NCBI GenBank assembly: GCA_013265495.1
Contig: MU058337.1
Span: forward strand, 312,001 to 376,000
Length of the DNA: 64,000 nt
Direction: 5' to 3'
DNA from: Vicugna vicugna
Taxonomy: Eukaryota
A program made the position numbers and the translations under genes. Shown in pieces: positions 36,167-46,546 of the stretch. Within the stretch, counting starts at the first letter, position 1. The number at the start of each line of letters is the position of its first letter. Below the pieces are notes generated by a model, which was given only the letters and a program-made list of their open reading frames with translations, did no database searches and was not told the DNA's origin.

Positions 36167-39049
36167 TTCTGTAACTATATAAACTTACTGCCTTTTTTCC
36201 TTAGATAGACTTGCCTCCTTCAAATTAAGAATAATGTACTACATTAATTTACATCTTTTGTGCATAATATATAGGTTACTAAGCCTGCTAGATGCTAGAA
36301 GAGAAATATCTTTAATAAAAACACGTAACTTTGTTCAGGTTCCCAAGGATCATAAACAGAAGACAAGCTTTGGGAAGATGAGCTTTCAACCTGAGCGAGG
36401 GCTCTGCCCGGCGCCGGTGAGGCTCTCCACCGGTCAGGGCTGCTTCACATTCTCAGATGAGTAGCCAAGGCCACATTTAAATGTGGGGAACCATTTGAAT
36501 GAGTATCCTTGTATATCCCTTTGAGTTTCTACATTTGTAAAAGGAAGCAGTTACCTGAATAACCCCTAACGTTTCACAAATTTTATTTTACAGGTGATGG
36601 AGAAAAACTGGAAAGTTAGAAAACAGGCATTAGATGATGCGTAATATTGTCTTTACTAACTGGTACAGTGGGAAGTTGGAGGCCCTGGTTATGTGACTCC
36701 TAACAGTAAAGAAGCTACTGAGGGATTAAAAATAATAGAAACCTCAGATGCCCACAGATGCAGGGGTTTTATTTTCAATTGAGGTTTGTAAATATTTTAT
36801 TCATGAAACATTTTCAGTCTCCTACCCAGACCTCTACTGTCAAAGTAACATATTTTTAAAGAGTACACAAAGTTGTAGAAAATAACTTTGGCTAAACAAT
36901 CTATACATAAAACAACAGACACAGTGTCTTAAGAGTGTGTAATTAAGGGAAGAGGAGGACAAACGCCAGGAAGTAAATACACAAGGAGCTGTCATGAGTT
37001 CCATGAACTCTGCAGTGTTTTTCTTTGCTTTGTTAATGGAACTCAGGTTATTCCCTCCAATAAAAAGTAAAGTAAATGATGGCAAACAGCACATTAAAGA
37101 TTAATTCCAAGTCTAAAGTAACAACCACCCTCAACCTCCCCCCTCGCCAAAGAATGTTACTGCTGTCTCTCTGAAGCTTCCACTCTCTTCAGGTGAGTCC
37201 TTTACCCAGCAATATTTATCCAAAAGTTAAAAATGAAGAATTACAACTTAACTATACAAAGAAGTAAAACCCAAACTATGGAAATGGATACATTCAACTA
37301 TTACTGCCCGTTAATACTAGCAGAGGGAACTGAAATTATCTTTCATGGATAAAATTGTATTTTAATGATGGTTGGAACTGTTTCACACACACAAAAAAGT
37401 AAATGCTAATTATTCTCATTATTTTTAATTGCAAAAGTTTACACCATACTGAACAGTCTACATTCATTTACTGATTCGGCCAACAGTAAAAGGTCTTTGA
37501 AGACTATAAAAGATGTTTTACCTACACATGAATTAAACAGGAATCCCCCCAAAACAATATGACTAAAGACCAAATCATAAATACAATTCTAAAAAGTCCT
37601 AAGTCATAAATGTACCATTATTTTTAAAGGTCTTTATAGGCATCTCAATTGATAATTTTAGGAACATGTTGTTTAAAAACTGCCCATACATTGAAAAACA
37701 TGACTACAAGAGACCAAGCCATGTGTAGGTTCAAGTGAAGACTAAAAAATGGAAAGCAAATTCACGTGTCACTGCTAACATCCACATCACAGGGAAAGAA
37801 TGGGTATCCTCTGGGGGAATTCACAGCTTCCGATCACATTTCAAGTAATTACAGAACTCAGGTACAGCCCTCCTGCACCAGTATATCTCCTTTTCTGCTA
37901 AGCACTGGGAAGTTAAGAAACCATGCCAGCTGCACAGCTGAAATGGAAATACAAAGAGCTGCCATCAGTGTGCCGGAGACACCACAGAATGAATTATCTA
38001 TTTCCCTGATGGTTACCCACATGTCATCAATAATGAAAAAGTGTGTATTAATAGTCCTATGGGACAAATGAACAATAACTGCCTATGGAGATGCTGGATA
38101 GCAACTGAACAGTTTAGAGAGCATTTTAAACTGGGATTTGAATTTGCTTGAACAGACACCTCAAATGTTACACTGGGCAGCAACTTAGCAGCATTTTGGT
38201 GCTTTCCCTTTCTGTTGAAGCACAGAAGACTTGGCAAATATAGTCAACTCTGACAGAACAAAGATGACAGATTATTGTCATTACCGAAGTCAATCACAAT
38301 TTGTTCTGAGATTATAAATATCCAAGAAATAAAATGGTTTAACAAAATTGGATCCACAAGGCTAAAACGCAAACAGCAATGCTCGAATTAAAACTGATAA
38401 AATCAGGGTTTCCAGTTTATGAAGGGGTACTTTCTAAATACTATAAACTAAATGGATGAAACTTAGAATTCATTTTCTCATAAAATGAATGTTACAGAAG
38501 AAGTAAGATTTTCTGGCTAGCTCATAAATGTGTACAGTTCTTGTCCTGGAAATACTACACCTTTGCAATTCCAGTACAATGTACTGCTGTAGGAGTTAAG
38601 ACTTATATGAAATAGTGAAATAAAATGTGGTAACTTATTAAGATGTCTATCATTTCAGGGGGAAATATCTTAATTAGAGACATGAGAAAAACTAGAACCT
38701 TTTTTTAAAGGTCTATTCTAAAAAGAGTACACAAGGGCCTCAAACTACAGAGGTGACTAAACAAGACTTAGCAGGGTTTTAGAATCTGAGTAATAACTGA
38801 GTTCTAAGTCAAAGAAAAACAGAGAAACAGAAATAGGTTCCCCTGAGATAAGTGACGAGAAAGAAGAAATCACAGAAAAATGTCAGGATGGACAGTTTCT
38901 TATATCCAGCAGGAAAGTCATGTTGCTAACCGAGGGCAGTTAGTAAACCCTCACATTCAGGTCTGAGAAGGCAGGCGCGTGCCAAGGCATGCATGTGCAG
39001 GTATTCCTCAACCGGCTTCCTTTCATCATTCCAACTTAGCGAGCAATGG

Positions 39050-39230
39050 GAGGCAGTGCCGTGCAGTGGAAAGGACAGTGTGTGGGGCTTGTTATGTTAA
39101 TAGCTAGGTGGGCTTTTGCCAACTCACTTAACCTCTCTAAATATATGTCTCCTCATATGTCAAAGGGGGATGAAACACATAATTGAAAAGCTGCTGAGAT
39201 CAAATGTAATACACAGTGTGTTAATAAATG
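39050..39230 (+). mobile_element. MIR SINE
   Basis: GCAGTGGAAAGGACA...CACTTAACCTCTCT...CTCCTCATATGTCAAAGGGGGAT...GCTGAGATCAAATG core. Confidence 0.6.
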
Positions 39231-40229
39231 CAACTACTTGTATAAGACAATTTAAAGTATTTTTTTAATCTACTAGAGTAGAGTAAGAGAAAGTAAGTAC
39301 AATTAGAACTGCTGCTAGACTTGGATTAAATAATGGTAAGTAAGGCTCACTGCAGATACCTGAGTACTTGCACACACGAGGTAACTGAGGCAACGTCTTG
39401 GTTTTTTCTGCCAAAACCCAGCTCAGGTAGCAGCTCCTTCAGAAAGCCTTCTCTGGACCTCTCCTCCCTGCCGCCCACCACTCCACATCCTGTCCTTTGC
39501 ACACATTTACGTGGTGGCACTCACTACTATAGTGTAACTCAACTGCTTTACATAGACTGGGAGTTACCTGATGACTGTGACGTCATCTTACCCAAGCCAG
39601 TATTTTCAGGAAACAGCAATGCCAGACACATAGGAAGTCTCTACCAACAGTCACTGAACCGAGCAGTCTACGTCTTAAGCAGGACAATTATGACATTACA
39701 CTAGACCGTCCATCACGAGTTCTTTTTTGGTGGAGCAGAACTTAACCTTTGAGCAAAAGATATGTGATTAAGCTTGCACGCGGATTAAGCCGTGTAGAAA
39801 GATACCAGGACAGGATCAACGAAAATCAAGCTTCAAAACTTACAGCCCATATCCCCTTGTGTCTTCCTATTCAGTTACTAGTATACAGTCAATTTAAGTA
39901 GCTGTTGAATAAAAGGCTTGGTTTTGGTTAAGGTACCTTCAAAAATAACACTCGTAACGCACTCTGCAGAAAACACGTTACAAGAACCTACAGCAAGACT
40001 GACTTCAACTGTATGGGGTGTGCTGTCACTCAAGCACCCCAAACTTCCCGCCGCGAAACTCGCAAGCCTCAACCTGCAGGTGAGGCGACTGGGTCAGGAC
40101 GACTCCGTCCCTCACACCTGGGAGCTGGGATTTTCGGTTTCACTTTTCGTGTGCAGGAGGGAGGGCTGGGGTGGGGATGGATGACGTCCAAGCACTGGTG
40201 TGTACGCGTTAGTGGAAACACCCCTGACA

Positions 40230-41010
40230 CCGGATTCGTAGACACGGTCTGGGACCCGGTCCCGGCACCGCACCCGGGGCCGCGGTCACCTGCGCGCCTC
40301 AGTTTCCACACCGGCGTCTGTTTGGGTTTCTCCCCACCCGCGAGGCTGAAGAGTGGGCTCCGTCCGGGTCCCGCACGGCCCTGGGCGCGCAGCCCCGCGC
40401 CCTCGGGAGGCGGTGCGGGTCCCGGGCGCCCGTGAGGCCCCGGCCGGCCGCCCGCGCGGCCCCCGGGGGAGAGCGGCCCCGCGGCTCGGCGGCCCCGCTC
40501 CGCACTTACTTAGACCCGCTCTCAGGCTGCGCAGTCGGCCGCGGACACGGAACCCGGCGCCGCGCAGCAGCGTCCCCCCGCGTCGCTTCCGTCGCTCCTC
40601 ATCGTCCTCCTCCCGCCGAGGGGCCGCCGCCGTCGCCACGGTCCAGCCGGGAGCTCCTGCGGCGCGGCGCTCGGCTCCTCAACTTCCGGCCCACGCTCGG
40701 TGTAGCCGGCAAATGCCCCCGCCGGCTCCCACATCACCTGCTCCCCGCCTTCCACCCGGGAGTGGGAACGCGGCCCGCCCCCCCGGGCATGCGCAGACAC
40801 CGCGGCCGGGGGAGTCCCCGCGACGGCGGCCGGGACGGACAAGACACCGCGGGGCGGGGCCGGCGGCGCGCGCGCGCTCGCGGCGTGCTGGGTGCCGCGC
40901 GGCGTCTCCTCCCTCCGAGCAGGGAGGCTTCGCGTCCCGACTGCGAGGCCTCCGGAGTGAGATCTGAGAGCCTGCGGGACGCATTTCTTCCAGAAGAAAG
41001 CGTGTCTGCC
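40230..41010. promoter_or_regulatory. CpG island / bidirectional promoter (ABHD13 and probably an upstream LIG4 TSS)
   Basis: Very high GC and CpG density. ETS/GABP ACTTCCGG 40682-40689, NRF1-like GGCATGCGCA 40786-40795, GC box GGGGCGGGGC 40851-40860, and a (CG)n run at about 40867-40877. Confidence 0.92.
40510..40690 (-). other. ABHD13: ABHD13 non-coding exon 1 (5' end approximate)
   Basis: Minus-strand donor CTAA|GTAAGT with the intron starting at 40509, inside the CpG island. The TSS is inferred near the ETS site CCGGAAGT at about 40682-40689. Confidence 0.7.
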
Positions 41011-42929
41011 TCACAGGGTTGTTAGGGGAGTGAGTTCCAGCACTTAAAGCGCTCCCGTAACTATATTTCTTTTTGTCTAATCCCTGACTCGCTCCTGCCT
41101 TTGTCAGGGGGACCGTCACAGGCGGATGCTTGCTTTATGGGGCCAGAGACTTGTACCATTTAGACACTTTTAAAGAAAAAGAATGCAAAATCACACTTTT
41201 GCAAATTTTACAGAAGCGTGAGACCGTGGGAACATTGCTAGTGCCCTTCCCAGGGCCTTAGAAGTGACCACACAAATGGTCATTAGCTTCCCTGCAGCGT
41301 CATTGGTTCCCCTAACGACACCCCTGCGCACCAAGTTGTACTGAATTGTTTTTTTATAAACGTCTGTTGCCACCCTTGTCGTTCCCTATTCTCTGTTTTA
41401 TATACACAGACGATAATGCCATGTTTTTTTTTTAAAACACGGGATCTGCTAACTGAGTGAGAGCTCCAGGTCAGAGAGGCTCTTGATACTAGATGCCTGT
41501 TGTCCATCACCTGATGAGAGCCACCCACCAAGGTAGACCAACCACTTCAAAAATAAACTAATAAAGTAACTCCAGCAGATACTTAATGAAAAACTCTTGG
41601 TTCTCTTCGAACCAAGCATTAGAAAGGCTAAAGTAATACGGTAAATTGGAGACTGGGATTTGAATCAACTTGAAGTTTGGTCTGGTAATTAAAGTCTCCT
41701 GTCTTACATCACTAATACAACGTACAGTCTCCGATACTGTAGGAACTTAGTAAATGTTGAACAAGGTACGAAAATGTACACAGACAAGTGCCATCTCGAT
41801 TATGGGAACGTGGAGGATCCTCTAACTTGACACTGTTAGGTGCTCCTCCAAAGCAAATTGACAATTAAGTTAAATGGTTAAGTATGAAAATTACCTACAA
41901 AACAGCATCATGTGACTTTACAACCCATAGGTGATTTCCGAGAAATACTCAGATAACAGGTGAATTAGACATAACAATGAAATTAATTTTTGTGGGGCTA
42001 GGAGGAGCCCTAAATCCAGCTTTACTACAAACTAGTACTGTGAATTAATATGTGTCGGTTCGTAAAAAGAGTTTTTTGTACATTAGATAACTCCTAAGGG
42101 CACTTAACAGCTCTAAAATGTTTTCTCAGAGCCTGTTGTAGCAAAATTTCACTTTCATTTTAAAGCAACAATATTTATGCGAAAATGAAATAATTATAAA
42201 AGTTGTCTCCTCTTACACTTCATGAATAATTTCCACCCCATTGTGGAGGAGGAGAAACCACAGCAGAATACTGGGAGAAATCAAAAGTTCCTGGAACATA
42301 AGGTTTGGGTTTGTTTTCATTTCTCAATCCTGATAGATAGCACAATTCCAATATGATAACAAGTGTTCAGTAAAGTTTTGTCGAATAATTTCGAATCCTT
42401 GAACAGATACTGGAAGAGTCCATAGTTGATTTCGGAGTATGCAACTGTTTACGGCTATATTATGAATTACATATTAGGTATTCTTATGAATTATGTATTA
42501 TGCATGTATTAGGAAACAAACTCCCATCAAAGTTTCACCATCATAAAAAGTAGGAAAAACAGTCTTAGACAATTTTGCAAAAGTCTGTTTTTCCACCTAA
42601 ATGACAGAGCAGACATTTTGGAAAGAAAGATGCCCTCTTCTCCCCTGAGCGCTTTCACAACTAGCCGGGGAAATGAGTGTTGGCAGCACTGTTTACACAC
42701 TGGGAGCAGAACTCTGAGAGGCTGTCACTTGCTAACCGCAATTTAAGCAGAGAGAGGGCTCAGGCTCAAAGTCCCAGTAGCGAGCAGTGGACAAAGTGTT
42801 TTGGGTTCTCAGCAACGAAATCCACTCTATTGAGTCAACCGCTAGCAAAAAGCACCTGCTGCTGCTGCTGCAGTCAACGGGAGAAGTGTTTGTAATGACA
42901 CTGTAACCTTTGCTCCCTTGAGTCCTCAG

Positions 42930-43730
42930 CAGCCCAGCGAGGTGGGCGGTCCTCCCAGTGCCCGCCCAACCGTTTCGGCGCCTGCGCCAATCACCTCCCT
43001 GACGTCACAGCCTCTCGGCCGGCAGGTGGAGACGGCGCTTGCGCGCATCATCCTTATTAAGTCAGGGCCTCCCGGCCCGCATACAGCGCCTGCGCCTGCG
43101 CAGGGAACAGCTGGCGGAACCGGCCCTCCGCGCTCTGCTTCCGGCTTGGCGGCGCCGTCTGGGGCCCACGTCAGGTTGGAGGCTCGTGCGGCGGCTGGCG
43201 GGGCGGAGGGGGACTCGGATTGCGCAGAGGACCCAGGGTAAGCCTGGGAGGGCGGAGTTCGGGCAGGGGTGGCCAGGGAGGCGGGGCCGTGCCGCGTCTT
43301 CCCAGCTCAGCGAATGCTGCGGTCCAGTTCAGGCTCCTTGTTCTCCGGGACCGAAAGTCCTTGCCGTCGTCCGCCTCCGGGCCCCCAGGTGAGGGCACGA
43401 CACCCCGGCGGCCGCGCTGCCTCGGAGGCCGGGCTCCAGTCCGCGGCGCTTGCTCTAGACCCCACCCTTGGGGCGTGGGGAGGAGGCTGCAGTTTCCCCG
43501 CCTCTGCCTCTCAGGACCCGTGTCGGGGCTTGAATTGCCCGATTCCCGCGGCCACCCCACCGGGGGAACGGGGGCTCAGAGAGACACTGGGCTTGCCCAG
43601 AGCCGGAGAATTCACTCGGGATCCGTTGAGGGCTTTGGCTGGGGCGGAGGAGTGATGTGGACCCTTCCTCCAGTGATTTTGCGGGCGTGTATGGCTTGAG
43701 GGGCGGGAGCGAGTGCGGGCTTGGAGCGAG
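42930..43730 (+). promoter_or_regulatory. Second CpG island: LIG4 proximal promoter
   Basis: CCAAT 42987-42991, full CRE TGACGTCA 43000-43007, NRF1 TGCGCCTGCGCA 43091-43102 and ETS GCTTCCGG 43137-43144, followed by plus-strand splice donors. Confidence 0.88.
43140..43237 (+). other. LIG4: Candidate LIG4 non-coding first exon (5' end approximate)
   Basis: Donor CAGG|GTAAGC at 43238, just downstream of the promoter motifs. An alternative donor CAG|GTGAGG lies at 43389. Confidence 0.6.
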
Positions 43731-43781
43731 TCCTGTTCTCTTCTTACGCCTTGCCTGTCGTTAACTTTCTGAATCCCACAG

Positions 43782-43854
43782 CCGTCTCCCTTTTGCTCAC
43801 CACTCACTTCTTTCTCCTGAGGTTCTCCCAGAATATCACAACGTTCTGTGAAAG
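43782..43854 (+). other. LIG4: Candidate 73-nt LIG4 5'UTR internal exon
   Basis: Branch-like TTAAC, a pyrimidine tract and CACAG| acceptor ending at 43781, and donor AAG|GTAGGA at 43855. No ATG inside. Confidence 0.5.
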
Positions 43855-44169
43855 GTAGGATTCTGTAAGCCCTTTGTCTTTTCGAGGGTTGCACGAAGGA
43901 AACTTCAGGGGTACCACTCTCTCTCCAATAAAATAGCATTGAATCATCTCCCATGTTCACCGAACAAAGCCTTGCTAGTTTGTTTTGCTGTCATCAGGAC
44001 GATAAAGGCAGCAGCTGAATGGACGATGAGTCATTATTGAGCTAACTGTTCATTCTCTTGAAAGCTTTGCTTATCATTGTCAGAATGAAGCGTCCCCTCT
44101 CTTCGTATAGGTTTAGTATTTTGTATTATTTTTGTTTTCAGTGTTGTTCGGATCAACATGCATTATAGT

Positions 44170-44392
44170 ACTAAAATTGTTCAGGGGCTTATTAATTGCC
44201 AGGTACTTTGTTAAGCACCTTGTAAATTGTCAGATGTCATTCTAGTTTCTACATGGTTATAAACCCCGCTTTGCACTTAAGGAAACCAAAGCTTAGGGAA
44301 ATTAAATAGTTGCCCCATATCACACAGCTGTTAAGCGTCAGCGTCTACATTTAAACCCACATGTAGTGGACTCCAGAGCCTGAGCCCTAACC
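44170..44392 (-). mobile_element. MIR SINE in LIG4 intron
   Basis: TGCCAGGTACTTTGTTAAGCAC...AAGGAAACCAAAGCTTAGGGAAATTAAATAGTTGCCC...GACTCCAGAGCCTGAGC. Confidence 0.7.
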
Positions 44393-46479
44393 ACAGACTT
44401 CTTTGTTTTGTTTTTTTTCACAAATAGAAACCATCAGCTAAAATGTTAAGAATCCAGGAAATGAAATTAAAGCATATGTAAAAAAAAAAGAAAACAGTGG
44501 AAATCCTAATATTTGAATTCTTTGTACAGTTTTAATAAGTAAAAATATTTTGTCTGTTCATTTTATAGTAACATTGGAATCCTTATCTTTATAGCAATCT
44601 TATGATGCATGTATATTCACATGTGTATTATGTGGGTTTCAACATTATAAAAAGTAATTTGAGTCTTTGCCTGGGACTTGTTCAGGGAAACTTTGAGACC
44701 ATATAGAGTGTACAGATGGACCAGAAACTGTATGCCAATCTTGAACAGTCAAAGAACTATTTCTGCACTTCATTACTTCATTTTATGTATAATTATATAT
44801 AAATCATACACATGACATTATATCCGTCAAGTGCCAGCTGGAGGAAGCTTGTTTTGAGGTAGGGCAGTGAGCAGACCTGACCAGGTGGTGCAGTCAGTTA
44901 TGCAAATGAGACACAGTGAGGGGAAGGAGTTCCTAGATTCAAAGATAAAAGACTCTGGATGTGGTTTCTTGTGGGTTTATCTCTTGGCCTAGAGGTTGGG
45001 TTTCCTTTGTCAGGAATCAGCCAGAGAAGTGAAGCTTGTTTTGCCCGCAGACCCCCGAATGCATGTTCCCAGTGCAGTCGTAGCTGCTGAGTGTTTGTGA
45101 CCAAACTGAACCCCACCGCTCGTGCTGGGGCGGGGGGTGCCTACGTGTTGTGCTCAGTTCCTGGCCTTCCCTGGTGTGCTTTTCCAGGAATCAACACTAG
45201 GTATTCAATAATTCATTGCACAAACCAACCTACTCTGTGCCAGGAGCTAGGGGCACAAATTACAACACGATTTCTGACCTCAGGAGGCCGGCGCTTTGAT
45301 AAACGTGGATTGTGTCTAGCCGTTTGATTTCTCGTGTTAGACAGCAGGCAGTGTAGCCTTGTGCTGGTGCTGTGTGCTGCTCTGCTGTTTACCGGGGTGG
45401 GGGATCTCAGGTCTCTGCACCACAGGATCTCCCCGCTCCCTGGGGAGCTGCTCAGCCCCCTGCTCACAGGGCTGTGTAGGGATGTGCCAGCAGAGGTCTG
45501 AAACCACATGACAGAACTGGCTAAATTCCTAGAGGAGGTATTTTACTGAAACCTTTTTTTGGAAAAGTTCGTATATTTTAGTGTTACATACTTTAAACTA
45601 TGTTATTTTGGCTCTGATACCTTACAGACTGTAATAGAACTTGCTTGGATATTTAAAACGTCAAAGAGATTTCATGTTTGTGGTGATCATTTTAGCGAAT
45701 ATTCTAGACCCTAGCCCAGCAAGGTCCCCATTATTTCCTCTCTGACTTTAGAAGGTACTTCAGTGAAAAGCTCTGTCTCATAAAATTTTACTTCTGTTAT
45801 ATTTTTGTTAAAGCACTTAGCATTTTATAGTTGTTCGTATTACATTCCTTTTTCTTTATCAGATGTATTCTTAAGGTGGAAACATACTGTCTTGCCCGTA
45901 GCACAGTGCCTGGCTCGTATATAGTCAGCAAGCGGTTTGAGGATTACTGGAATATCAACCCAAAAAGTGTAGAAATTAATTTAAATTTATAAAACTCCAA
46001 GTAACTATGAAAATAGAGTTAAAAGAGATGGAGAAAGTGAGGATTTCATGGGGAGCTTACTTTGGTTTGGGTTCTGAGTGCTGGAGGCGTCTGGCGCAGC
46101 TAGCAGTGAAGGCGGCACAGCGAACAGTCACGGGCTTCGTCTGCGAGAAGAGGGTGCCTGTTTCGGGGAAAGGGCCCTATCCATGTAGGAGTTCAGTTCA
46201 GCCAAATTTCAATTTAGTGAGCTAGCGATTTGTTAAAAACATGATTTTAAGAAGTTTGTTTCTGGTGCTGGGTGGTGGTCTGAAAGAAAAAGAAATATAA
46301 GGAAAGCCTTTACCTCAGAAGCCCAGAAATGAAATGACATTGACACAAAGTAGTTGATTAGCATTCATTGTAGAGGTTGGAAAGAGACAGCATTTATAGC
46401 ATTGATCTGCTTTCCTTTGGCAAACATGACCAGACGTTTATTATGAACCAGACACTCTCTGTACAGTAAACATTTAGTT

Positions 46480-46518
46480 GAATTTTATCTTTTACTTATT
46501 CTCCTTTTGCCTTATTAG
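46480..46518 (+). other. LIG4: Splice acceptor of the LIG4 coding exon
   Basis: Long T/C tract ending TTATTAG|ATAAACC. The exon starts at 46519, 28 nt before the ATG. Confidence 0.88.
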
Positions 46519-46546
46519 ATAAACCAGAAGATTCACCATCGCTTCT

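Noticed and set aside
40013..41119. Several 100-200 aa Arg/Pro/Gly/Ala-rich ORFs on both strands
   Set aside because: Expected stop-codon depletion in a CpG island; low complexity and no recognisable domain.
42856..42870. (CTG)5 upstream of the LIG4 promoter
   Set aside because: Too short to be unstable or notable.
42918..43960. Overlapping ORFs in the second CpG island
   Set aside because: Same GC artefact; no homology recognised.
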